Below, piece by piece: positions 1 to 11,361 of a stretch of 64,000 nucleotides of DNA; within the stretch, counting starts at the first letter, position 1, and every line of letters begins with the position of its first letter. Made by a program: the position numbers and the translations under genes. This stretch comes from Dimorphilus gyrociliatus (taxonomy: Eukaryota; Animalia; Annelida). The notes under the pieces are model-generated. The model was not told where the DNA came from and did no database searches. It saw only the letters and a list, made by a program, of their open reading frames with translations. The stretch spans positions 806,001 to 870,000 of the forward strand of contig CAJFCJ010000008.1 in assembly GCA_904063045.1 (NCBI GenBank), written 5' to 3'.

Positions 1-1098
1 ATTTATATGAAAGACTGCATAACGCTATGTGGACGGGGTGAGTTCTATCTATCTATTTATTTCTGTCTGCCATCTCGGCACGTTTCGTCTATCTATATAT
101 CTGCTTGTCTCTTACTCTTTTACATTTAAAAAAAATCGCGAAACTAGACGGCGCTAACGTCGAAAGGAGAATCGATTTGGGAACTATATAGAATTTATAA
201 AAAAAATTTTTTTTGTCTAGCACCCAACCAAAGAGGACCAACAACGTCCGAGGAAAAGCCGATATTACCTGCTGGACAGCATGATTATACATTCGAATAC
301 AAATTACCAGATGTTCTACCAACTTCTTTCGAATCATGCCATGCTTATAAAGGAAAAGTCTACTACCTCCTGAAAGCTCGATTAGATAGCTCTGAGGAGA
401 AGGTCAGACAAAGCAAAGACAGAACTTTTATAGTTTTATCGAGTCTTGATTTGAATTCGTATCCAAGATGTGCCGAGCTTGTACAAGTTAAGAGAGAAAA
501 GCATTTGGGGTGCTGCTGTTGTTGTCGTTGTGGCTCAATCACTTGTTTGCTAAGGTTAGACAGAACTGGCTATGTTCCAGGAGAAGACATAAATGTTGAC
601 GCCGAGTTGCAAAACCATAGTAAGAAAGAGATTACAGCTAGCTATGTTACTATGCAACAAATTGTAACCTTGGAAGCAGGGGGTGTTAGTAAGCAAAGTA
701 CAGCAGACATATTTCGTATATCGGGAGGGAAAATTAAATCCGGGGGTAGTGCTCTTTATCACGATATCATCCATATTCCACCTTTACCTCCATCCAGGTT
801 GGATGGCTGTAATCTAGTTCAGATTGACTACGTGATTACCGTAGGTGTACTACCCTCTGGCATGAATGACAGCATTGAAATTTCTGTACCAATTCTCATT
901 GGCACTGAACCCCTTCTACATGTCATTCCACCCGGAATAACTGTAGGACCTTCATACTCTAGATACAGTCACTCCTCAGGGGAAATCGAAGATTACAGCG
1001 CCGAAGACTACGTCCGTGGGAAATATCAGCATGTTTATACATATTACAAAGCTTTGTATAGGCGAGCCGTTACTCAGGATGGCGAATGCATTTCTTAA
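1..1098 (+). CDS. Alpha-arrestin (arrestin domain-containing protein), 5'-truncated by window edge
   Basis: Exon 1-37, GT-AG intron, then exon 221-1098. Translation gives LPAGQHDYTFEYKLPDVLPTSFES..GKVYYLLKARLD and the arrestin-C segment LDRTGYVPGEDINVDAELQNHS, plus a Cys cluster GCCCCCRC. Confidence 0.85.
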
Positions 1099-1125
1099 AA
1101 CCTTTTTTACATGATAATCAAGACT

Positions 1126-1669
1126 TTAGTTGTTAGCTATATCCTCTTTATTTTTCTCTTCGAAGAAGAGTCGTTGAAGGGTTTTATGAACAATGGAATT
1201 AGTGTTCTTATTATTTCTATCATTATACCTCAACTATTTACGAATTTTATTTTCTCTTTCCTTTCTTATGTTAAGAAGCATGAAGGAAAAAAAGTACCGG
1301 GGAGGGAGAGTTGGTTGCTCTTTTGTCATCAGGTGGCGCTGATCTGTCGAAGTCCTATTAATTTTACAGCTTATTTTGTAAGTGAATATGGAAAAATTAG
1401 TGAACAGAAGAAATGTTATGCTTTTTAAAAATAAAATCTAGCAATGCCTTTACATATTCTTTGTCTATAAATGAAATATATTTATATCCAAATAATCGAA
1501 TTTATTTACAAATTAATTAAAAGTAAAGAGTAAAAAAGCGAGTCGGATTACATGAATCAAGAGAGTTTTACCTTCGCTTAATCGGATTTAGTCTAACTAG
1601 TTAAAATGTAAGAGCCTCGACAAAAGAAAACTGGGAGGAAAAGATTTTCTTTTTGATAGAGATTACCAT
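1126..1669 (-). CDS. Candidate 55-aa spliced microprotein (MDFDRSAPPDDKRATNSPSPLRYNDRNN...EDIANN)
   Basis: Phase-0 exons 1298-1354 and 1126-1233 are joined by a 64-nt GT-AG intron. A candidate ATG at 1669-1667 is directly followed by a GTAATC donor. No homology recognised. Confidence 0.3.
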
Positions 1670-1861
1670 GCGTAATTCGACAAATACTACCGCATTTGGG
1701 GCGGATAAACCCAGAAGATTGTTCCCGAGCCTATAGTTAAAAATATTTATCAAGAAGGATCCGACAGGGGGCGTATCCCCAGGATAATTGGGGCGGGAAG
1801 ATAGCGTTGGGCCTGAAAGAAAATTTATCGATGGATCGCTCCTTTATGGTATTTATTACGA

Positions 1862-3579
1862 TTATATAAGGGAAGGATTATCGGACTTAATCTTCTTGTA
1901 GACGGCTTTAACAGCGTTCCAAATCTCTTCACCAGTAGGGCGAATTTGTTCCGGTGGAAGTTCCCATCCGAATTCACCCTTATCGCGTAACTCAATGGTG
2001 TAGACATAAGGAATATTAGCCGATCCAGCTGCCCAATCTCTGGAGGTTCCCGAAGAGAGATCTGATTCATGAAGGAAATAAAATTAGAAGTTTCCGGGAA
2101 TTAACTTTTCTCATTATTAATAAATATTTTTCTTTAATTACATAGGATTTCGCTGGCTGATCCTAACCGGTAATCCTTTCCATGAGTTTCCTTGATTGCT
2201 TTTATAGCCAACTGTCCGACTTCCATCTGTGTTATTTACAAAATTATTAGGAACCCAACCTCAAGAGCTTATTAGAAGATGGCGTTGTTTGTTTACCAAT
2301 TTATCGTAATTATCTGGCCTTTCTGTTGTATAACCCCAGGGTGCCATCCAAAGTTGACCTTTAGAATGCAAGGTTATAAATAAAATCCAATTAAAAGTCG
2401 ATTGTTCCATGAAATCTTTTATAGCTTTGGCTTCCGGCTCCGACCAAGGACTAGGGCCAGCATAGATTGGAGAGCAAGGATCATTGCTACTTCCAACAGC
2501 TTTAATTATAGGATAAAATCTAATATTTTTTTGTGTAAATTAATTTATCGAATACAAACAATTCCAATTGAATCCAAAATTTCTATTAGCATCTACTCCA
2601 ACGCAAGGAGACCCTGGATTTGGCTTACGAGTTTTCCTCCATAGCCTGTCCTGTAAACAAACAAATAGTGCATCACTCTTATCAAGTGGTCAGTATAGAC
2701 ATTGAGCAAATTTTGTATATTTTGTATTAAATAAATTAAGAATTATTCATTAAAATAACTTTAAACTAACATTTGTCCAAGTAAATTCGTATCCATCAGG
2801 ATTAACGATTGGAAGAATATACCAATCATAAGTTCTGATCATGTCATCAATTTCTGGGTCATTGCCAAATTCATCTACTAGCTAAATACCAGAGAAGAAT
2901 CATCTACAGTGTATTTTTATTAAAAGCTAAATAACTGACTCTATCTATAATAAACAAAGCGGTAGCGTGCGAAATCCATTCCCTTGCGTGGATTCCGGCA
3001 TCTATCCAAATTGAACGCTTTATTTTACCAGGCTCGTTGCCGATCTATAGAGAAGAAAAGCGTCGCTTTATACATAGGCCTACGCTTAACTTAATCACCT
3101 ATTTTCGGCTTACGTTAAACACTTTTAAGTCCCGACCTTCGTATGACTTTCCTATCGTTTGTATCCTGCAAAGCGTTTCTGAAACTTGATGGCACCTTTC
3201 AAGTCTAGTTTGCAGGAATTCCATAGTCTAATAAACATTAAAATAATAGTAGAAACGTTTTTATTTTCAATATAAAATAAGAGTAAAAAGGATAAAATTC
3301 TAATACGTCTCTATAATTAAGATACTTGGAGAAGTCATGGTCCTCAATGTTCTGCTTACTGAAAAAAAATAGGAATAATTTATAAAGGACTGTAATAATG
3401 ATTGATTCTAAAGTGGTTTATGTATTGAATAAATGAAATTAATGAGTAAAAAAAATACTCGATTATACAATATAGAAACTAGCTAACTCTAGCCATTTTT
3501 CCAGTTCATCTGGAATTGCACTGCAAGTAGTTAGAAGGAGAGAAAAGAAGGCAACTATTAGCGGTAATTGCCTTTCCAT
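1862..3579 (-). CDS. Secreted M14A zinc carboxypeptidase, carboxypeptidase O-like (no prodomain, Arg255)
   Basis: Nine hand-spliced exons. Signal peptide MERQLPLIVAFFSLLLTTCSA; motifs IDAGIHAREW, NPDGYEF, DANRNF, TLHS, EILY, SGTSRDW and YTIELRD. Confidence 0.9.
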
Positions 3580-4437
3580 GCCCTTCACTTTTTATATCCT
3601 TCTATTTACAAAGTCCTATTTTCTTATAAACAACTAACCAAAAAGCGAATACGTATTTAGTTTATATAAAGATAAAACACATGGTGCCTCACACCGAAAT
3701 AAAAATAATTACCAAAATGAAGCCTTGATGACGTTGCACACATTTCTATTTTGTAATAAAAAATATATGATATACTATAAGGTCTAAATGCTGTTACATG
3801 TTTTTCAAGCTATATTAATATCGTGAAAATGATAAGAGGTAATTGATATCTCTCGAGTAAATAAATATCCGCCTTTTTCTTATCAATAATTATAGATATT
3901 ACTATATTAGGTATGATTTCTTCACCTTAGAAGAGACTTTGATGTTTTACACTTTCTGTTTTATCTGTTTATTAATAGTTGGTTGTACTAAATAATTCTT
4001 TATAGTTAATTGAATTTAATATATGTTGATTGGGGAATTGTCTTCTCTTCTAATTTCCTTTTAGATTGGAATAAAACTCCTATAGACTCTTTATTATCAC
4101 CTTAGCGTTCAATAGTTTTCTCTAGAATCGAATAATTCTACATCCTTCCGTTCCAAATGAGAAGTCAAATTGAATGATTATTGACAAAATATGTTAATAT
4201 TATCAAATGACTTGATGTCTTTTTTTTCATTTACTAAGAAATAGGTTATATTATATATTTCAAAACAATAACGTTTATGTTGTTTGGAACGTGTAAACAA
4301 TTGCTAACGTAATAAATAGATTAATATTTTAAAATCCTTTTGATTTCAATATCACATTAAATGTCTGTAAGAATTAGTAGAAATATAGTTTATGAAGAGA
4401 GTTTTTTTATGACTTTTAAGTATTTTCCTGGCCGTAT

Positions 4438-7100
4438 TTATGTCGTTGAGACTATAGAACTAGTTGTTTCTGTAGCAGCGATCGTTGAGGTTTGAACATT
4501 TCCATCACTTGTGATTTCAGTAGGTCCATTAGTTGTTGTTTCTTGAGTTGCTGCAGATCCAGTATTCGTTACTCCGTCAGTTGCTACGGATCCAGTATGC
4601 GTTTTTTGAGTTGCTGCAGATCCAGCAGTCGTTACTCCGTCAGTTGCTACGGATCCAGTATGCGTTTTTTGAGTTGCTGCAGATCCAGCAGTCGTTACTC
4701 CGTCGGTTGCTACGGATCCAGTATGCGTTTTTTGAGTTGCTGCAGATCCAGTATTCGTTACTCCGTCAGTTGCTACGGATCCAGTATGCGTTTTTTGAGT
4801 TGCTGCAGATCCAGCAGTCGTTACTCCGTCGGTTGCTACGGATCCAGTATGCGTTTTTTGAGTTGCTGCAGATCCAGTATTCGTTACTCCGTCAGTTGCT
4901 ACGGATCCAGTATGCGTTTTTTGAGTTCCTAAAGATCCAGCAGTCGTTACTCCGTCGGTTGCTACGGATCCAGTATGCGTTTCTTGAGTTCCTAAAGATC
5001 CCCCAGTGGTGGCTTTCTTAGTTGCTACAGATCCAGCAGTCGTTTCTTCCGTTCCTACAGATCCCCCAGTGGTGGCTTTCTTAGTTGCTACAGATCCAGC
5101 AGTCGTTTCTTCCGTTCCTACAGATCCAGCAGTCGTTGCCTTCTTAGTTGCTACAGATCCAGCAGTTGTTTCTTGAGTTGTTACAGATCCAGAAGTGGTT
5201 GCCTTCTCAGTTGGTGCAGATCCAGCAGTCGTTGCCTTATTAGTTGCTATAGATTCAACAGTCGTGACTTTTTCAGTTGTCGTGGGCTCAGGAGTTTGTT
5301 TCGGAGCCATAGTTGTTTGAGGTATAACTTTTCTGGGCTGTCCAGTAAATACGTTTGTGATTTCACTTGATAAATAATCTTCAATTCCTTTTTCAATAGC
5401 AACTTCAACAATATTTTTAACGACGTCAATGTTAGGAATGCTTTGTTCCAGCTGAATCTTCAAGAAGGAGACAATGTAGTTAACGATAACGCTACCTTTT
5501 CTAAAATAATTAAAATCCATAAGAATTAAAAGTAAATTTAATAGAGTTATGGAACATACTTGAAATTGTTTACAGAACATTTTGGCTGAGAAAATGACAA
5601 ATTTTTCTGTAAACTGTCTTCAATTCCATTGCAAAATTCCTTTTCCAAAGTTTTAAATTCATTACTTTGAGGATTGTCGTAAGAAGAGCTGAAGCTCCGA
5701 TTCAACTTTGTAGATATTTCAAGAACAGCTATTTAATTAATTTATGTTTAGAATGTGATATTATTTCAAGTACGTCAACTTACTAGTTTCAGAAGCTTCT
5801 TTAACAGTTTCAATAGCATAAAACTCTATTAGATCGTTAAAATAGGTCACTTTTTCTTTATTATTTTCAAATATTTCGCGAATAATTTCATTAAAACTCT
5901 TATCAGTATTTTTCGTCATAGCTTTGAGCTTTTCTTCATAAAAGACAAGGTCGGAATCGATGACAATACTCCCTCTGTAAAGAGAATTTGTGTTATTTAC
6001 CTTTTCAATATTAGTTTATATATTAGCACTACCTCGTGAGACCCTTAACATTGCATTCTTTTTGAGCTGTGGCAAAGATTTTGTTCACCTGAAAATATTT
6101 GAATGTTAACTATCGTAATAAAATTGATAAAGATATTTTATAAATGGCGCCATCTTTTGACTATTTTTTTATCATGTTATAAATCATATGTCACGACATA
6201 TAAAAAGCATAAAGCGATTGAAAAAATGACTTACATTTTCACAATAAGTTTTCTCGTAATCTTTATATTCAGTTGTTTCTGGATTTTGATAAGCTGACTT
6301 GAAATCGCCTTTCATTTTCATTCTCAGACTTCTTTTAACGGTTTCTTCATCATTTGAATTATCTAAGAGGAGGAGGGAATTTTTAATCTTAATTTATTTT
6401 CTATAATTTTAGAAATTTACCTCTAAGTCCTAACCAAACTGAAATTCCTACTAGAGCAGTACAGATCAGGATCAAGAACACTACAACGACTATTAAAGTT
6501 TTTAAGGTTTTCTTTGGGTATCTGTTAAAGCAAATATAAATTTTTGAAATATTTATAGTCGTCGTATCTTATAATTGATTAATAGACGGTTACCTCGTCT
6601 CAAGAGAGGCTAGTGTCTCCTCCGAACCGTCATCATAATATTCATCCTTGAAATTTCCTTTAGCTGGTAATTTATATGGCACTCCATAACTACCATTACC
6701 CGGATCATACGTGGGGGGCTTCCTATCAAAACCTGCTGTTGGGTAGGACGGGTTTGTATATTGAGGTCTTGGAATGCGAACCTGTAAATAATATATTTTA
6801 ACAAGGGGGGCAGTTTGAAGTTTATTAGGTTTTAAATTACATTGAGTACATGTGTCTTGAATTAAGTTAGCTTATTTTGTCTATACGACTTCGAAGAGAT
6901 ACAAAAACTTCAATAGAAAAGTTGGATAGTCATACGTGTCAAAACTTGATGAAAATATTTTAAATATTGTGTCATACAGCACAATACATAGTTGCTAAAC
7001 TTAAATATTTTATCAGAAATACTCAACAAACCTTAGAAAAATCGGAATAAGGGGAAGAATCGTTATATTCTGACCAACTGTACTCGTCGTACTTCGACAT
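4438..7100 (-). CDS. Type II membrane mucin-like protein with two SEA domains and a C-terminal Thr-rich tandem repeat
   Basis: Exons join in frame from MSKYDEYSW (7100). TM helix LIVVVVFLILICTALVGISVWL; SEA cleavage-type motifs RGSIVID (~5956-5973) and KGSVIVN (~5479-5496); Thr-rich tail to stop at 4438. Confidence 0.75.
4533..5240. repeat. 63-bp (21-aa) coding tandem repeat built from 33+30-bp subunits; about 7 near-identical and about 4 diverged copies
   Basis: Period of 63 read directly (actccgtcag at 4571 and 4634). Unit GSVATDGVTTA-GSAATQKTHT; no unique spacers. Confidence 0.95.
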
Positions 7101-7565
7101 TTTCGTGATTTATGAAATTTTATTTTCAATCCTTCACTTATAAACTTATAGTTCTGATCTAAAAATAATTTTGGGATGTTCTTATATATACGTCGTAAGG
7201 GCGGGGTAGTTCGAGGAGATTTTGGGTTGCTCCGTATTGAAATTTCCGGCAAGCTGTTGTTACAACACTTACTTTTGCCTCTGAAATTCATGATCAGGGT
7301 TAGGCTTACTCATCGTTAGAAAAAAACAGTTCTACGTAAAATAAGTATACCAAATAAGTTTCAATTTATATTTACATTTCAATACCCTTTATAACTTTTT
7401 ATTGTTCTTATCTAATATTTATGTTTGTTTTCTACAAAAGCCCTTGTTTTGTATCTTTTTCATTCTCATCGGTAAAATATACTGTTCCAAAGTGTAGAGA
7501 AAACTGGAAGAATTTAATTTTGAAAAGTATATTTACTAGTAGAAAAACATATTTGTTTATTTCAT

Positions 7566-9092
7566 TCATGAAAAGGAATTTAATTTTCTATCAGTTCTTG
7601 GCCAATTTTTTAGAGCATCTTCCCTTAAAAGCGTCCAAACTCTTTGATATTCTACGCTGGCTTGTTTATAACTTTCATATGTTTTAAGTATTTCGTTCGA
7701 TTCGATTTTCAATTTTAATTTGCTTATCAGTCGTTGAGCGGTTGAAAATAACTCCAATTTACAAACGCTACACCTGAACAGGTTGTATTAAAGAGAATTA
7801 GAGTTGGATAAATCTATTAACTCAATTTCTAGTTCAATTAAAAACATTGTGTAATTTGATATTACCTTGATTTAGGGCTATCTTTCGCTTTCTTTGATAC
7901 ACCCTGTTTTAAGCCGTTTACGCAAACTTGTTGATCTTTGCAACTTTTCCACCAGATAATTGCTTAAAATAAAAAATAATCAACAAATTTTCACTGATTG
8001 AATTAAACACTTTTTAGTCATACCGGCTCCACAGGCTACTGTTCTGTTATTCATTTGTTGGTGATTAAATTGTGTATTAGTTTTGTAAATGATCGGTTCG
8101 ATTTTGTTATAAACTTTTCCCAAGTTTGGAATTTTACCATCGAATCTTTTAAATAAAGCCCTTTCTGCACATTCTTGGTTGAAAGGGCAATTCCCCAGAA
8201 CAATGGCGTGAATGTATAATGGCAAATCGAAAAAATGCATCATTATTGCTCCTTGGAGGCCGATCAAGCACCATTTAGCGATTTTATCGCTACAGCTTAA
8301 ACTGCGGGTAGGGTGTCCTCTTCCAGGTTTTGTCCTAAGAGAACACGTCACGTGATATCCCATACCAGATGCTCTCTCGTCCATAGGTTCTCCTGGAACA
8401 CATTTGGCGCCTGTTCTATGAATATCTAGCTTAGGGCGTTTAGCTTCCGGCTCTTCTTCCTGTTTTGGAATAATGGAAGCATCTCCACCTAATTTTATAG
8501 GCAATAAATGTTAAAATCGAAAGGAAAATTGTGATAAAGTATGCTTTTTTAGCCAATATTTACAAGGTGTTCGACTGCAAAACATTATAACTTTCGTATT
8601 ATCTTTCAATCGAAACTTTCCCGATTTAAAATCAATATATTTACTTATGCCACCATCATTGATTCTTTCAATTTCGTCGTACAAATATCTATATAAATAT
8701 TGAATTTATCAATTTCTCAGTTTGTATTTATTTTTATAATAGAAGAGAATATATTATTGTCTACCTTAGGAACGCCCTTCTACTTAGTACTTCAGCATGG
8801 CTATCATGAATTAAATTCCCTTTGTCATTCAATTCAACTTCTCCTAGGCATTTCGTTCCAGTAGCCATTGAGGCAATTGTAAAATTTTCTTCTAATTAAA
8901 TCAGTTAGATCAGTATATTAATAAATTCTAAAATTAAGCAAACTTTTGTAGATATATACCATTATGCCAAAGAATGATTGCGCTTAACAAAGTCCATTCT
9001 TTTTCATGAGGCTTCCCTTTTTTCTTTAACGCGCTTTCATAATGTTGAATACAGGCGGATGCAATTTTTTCAAAATCTGACGGCGTTGTCAT
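7566..9092 (-). CDS. ADAT1: tRNA-specific adenosine deaminase 1
   Basis: Multi-exon. Motifs MATGTKCLG, DSHAEVLSRRAF, spliced TPCGDAS, LRTKPGRG and SCSDKIAKW; no dsRNA-binding domains. Confidence 0.9.
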
Positions 9093-9213
9093 TCTGAAAG
9101 GAAGCCGTCAGATAAAATGATTGTAAAAATGAACAATATAGGACAGAAATAAATTCTAAAGAGGACTGTATTGGTAGCATACACAATATGTACAATATGA
9201 AGAGTAATTAAGT

Positions 9214-9756
9214 CTAAAAAAGCGTATCTTCGCTTCTAACGTATTCTCCTATGTCAGCCTGATGAAAACAAACGATCGCTGTGGGATCGGCATGTCGACA
9301 TTCGGCTGTCGATTTAGCTGCTACTCCAAATCCAAGAGGTAAATCCGCCATAGAATATACAATAACTCCTTGATATTTTTCTGTATTCTCAGTTATCCTA
9401 CCTAAACCGTTCTTCAACACGTGATTGCCGTATAAATATTGTTGTTCGGCACTCGGCTTCAGCCAAACTTTAAATTTGGCGTATGGAGCTAAAAAGTCCA
9501 AAGCAGTTACGTGCAAATGAAACTTTCTGCTTTTAGTAAATTTTCCAAAGCAAGTTCCGAATGACAATAGATTCTCTCTAGCAACGTGAGCAGCTTTTTT
9601 CATTAGCATTTCATTCGTGTAGTAGATTCGATCTTTATGTAATCGAAAACAATAAATTCCATCTGGCCGATCGATTAATAACTTGACATTTTCACCAATA
9701 TATTTCGATAATTTTCCGAAAAAAATAGTTGTCTCTTCTTCAGTCAGTGGTCGCAT
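9214..9756 (-). CDS. NIP7: 60S ribosome subunit biogenesis protein NIP7 (180 aa, intronless CDS)
   Basis: [21 protein letters not shown]...[17 protein letters not shown] with PUA-domain C-terminus. The ORF-track extension upstream of this ATG starts at a TTG and is not real. Confidence 0.97.
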   Translation of the reverse strand: MRPLTEEETTIFFGKLSKYIGENVKLLIDRPDGIYCFRLHKDRIYYTNEMLMKKAAHVARENLLSFGTCFGKFTKSRKFHLHVTALDFLAPYAKFKVWLKPSAEQQYLYGNHVLKNGLGRITENTEKYQGVIVYSMADLPLGFGVAAKSTAECRHADPTAIVCFHQADIGEYVRSEDTLF

Positions 9757-10179
9757 AACTAGGAAGAATGTTGGATCACTCCTAACATTTATAATTTTAA
9801 TATACAAGCTAATAAGCAACAACCTTTAACATGAAATTTTACAGATCAAAGATATTTACCTCTTAATATATAAATAACATAAACTAACAGGAAGGACTTT
9901 GGAAAAATGCTGTTACACGTGAGGGCGATAATTTGAAGACTTGGTAAAACATTCAGAGAGTTATTTTCGTAAAAACCAATTTTTATTAAAAAATCACTAA
10001 AATTTATTTTTATTTTTTTAAAAGGCAATAAAAATTCTCTTTAATTTTATATTTTTTACGAAATGTAGCCTACCATTTATTTTTCCTCGGGCATTTCGAA
10101 ATTAATAGCTTAATTAAATTCAACAGATAACGAGAATTGTTGACTTGTTTTCACATTCAATTAGCTGAGCTAACTGAAA

Positions 10180-11331
10180 ATGAACTGTTCTTCGTTTCCA
10201 TTACGGTTAACTGAAAGTGGAACTTATTTAGTAACAAATATCATCCTCACGCCGTTAATAGGAGTTGCAAGTTTAGTTTGTAACTTTCTGCTTCTAATCA
10301 TTGCAAGATCAAAATCTTTGGAATGCCACAAGTCTACATATTTGTATGTTTCGGCTATAGCAGTTATTGACCTTCTTTTCATCACTTTCAAATCAATTGG
10401 AATAACACTGGAATCAGAAGTTGCCTCTTTTGTCTGGACCTATTCAAGACCAAGTGCCTTTTTTCGACACGTAGAATACGGAGTGGGAAGGAGTCTAGAA
10501 TGGTTAAGTGGATGGTTGCTCGCGGGTGCTTTAGTAGAAGCGGTTTTTCAAATAAAAAGAAATGGTAATATGAGGAAAAGTTCCATATTTATACTAATAA
10601 TGATTGGTGTTGCCGCTGCTATTGTCAGTAATACTCCAAGATTATTTGAAATAACCAGAGTCCGAATTCATAATTGCCTAGAATTAAAAGAATTATGGTT
10701 TGTTGAGTATACATCTATAATGTTTAATACAACTTACCGTAATATCTACTGTTGGCTTGCGACCGCCCTAGGGCACCTATGTCCTACACTTATAATTGGG
10801 TCTTTATTGATTAAAATTGGACTATTTGTACGATCGAAGGATAAATGGAAACAAGTTAATGAACCAATGAGAAATGTAATGAGTTTGGCCCTTTTATGGT
10901 TAATAACAAATTTTCCGTTAATGGTACTGGAAATCATACAGAATATGGGAAACGAAAAACCGAAATTCCTATCACGTTTTAATGATGACCGTCTATCAGT
11001 GAATTTAATAAAATTATCTAGATCAGCAGGAACGTTATTTATTTGCTTGTTTACAAACCAACAGTTCTTAGCACTATTTCGAAGAAGGTTTTGTTGCTTT
11101 CCTCTAGGAGCAAATTGTTCTCGCAAGAGTAGAAAGAATAGAGGTGACGATACCATCTGGTTGGATATACCATATTGGGTGCCGTCTTCAAGACCATCGG
11201 AAGCTCCTCCAAAGAATAAAGTTCACGAAGAAGAGCCTATGGGTTTTGATAATAAGGGAGCGGTTGTAGAAGATGAACCTTCTAAAAAGGAACCGAAGAA
11301 ATTTTTTGCCGTCCCTAGTATGTACATTTAG
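10180..11331 (+). CDS. Rhodopsin-family GPCR (FMRFamide-receptor-like/orphan), intronless
   Basis: Seven hydrophobic segments, TM2 AIAVIDLLF and TM4 NTPRLFE. DRY is degenerate (VEAV) and there is no NPxxY. Confidence 0.8.
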   Translation: MNCSSFPLRLTESGTYLVTNIILTPLIGVASLVCNFLLLIIARSKSLECHKSTYLYVSAIAVIDLLFITFKSIGITLESEVASFVWTYSRPSAFFRHVEYGVGRSLEWLSGWLLAGALVEAVFQIKRNGNMRKSSIFILIMIGVAAAIVSNTPRLFEITRVRIHNCLELKELWFVEYTSIMFNTTYRNIYCWLATALGHLCPTLIIGSLLIKIGLFVRSKDKWKQVNEPMRNVMSLALLWLITNFPLMVLEIIQNMGNEKPKFLSRFNDDRLSVNLIKLSRSAGTLFICLFTNQQFLALFRRRFCCFPLGANCSRKSRKNRGDDTIWLDIPYWVPSSRPSEAPPKNKVHEEEPMGFDNKGAVVEDEPSKKEPKKFFAVPSMYI

Positions 11332-11361
11332 TGTTATGATTGAATTTGATAGAGTTGATAA

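Noticed and set aside
1111-1428. 105-aa hydrophobic + strand ORF
   Set aside because: Composition fits AT-rich 3' UTR sequence, no family is recognisable, and the splice signals favour the opposite strand.
1640-2100. GC-richer block first suspected to be organellar DNA or a structured ncRNA
   Set aside because: 1862-2066 is the last carboxypeptidase exon, and no rRNA, tRNA, RNase P or snRNA motif was recognisable in the rest.
4492-5021. Two + strand ORFs (146 and 162 aa) over the repeat array; array considered as a possible CRISPR
   Set aside because: They are antisense shadows of a 63-bp coding repeat. There are no unique spacers or cas genes, and the context is eukaryotic.
9757-9822. N-terminal extension of NIP7 in the ORF track
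   Set aside because: It begins at TTG and runs through a probable 5' UTR intron; the conserved start is MRPLT at 9756.
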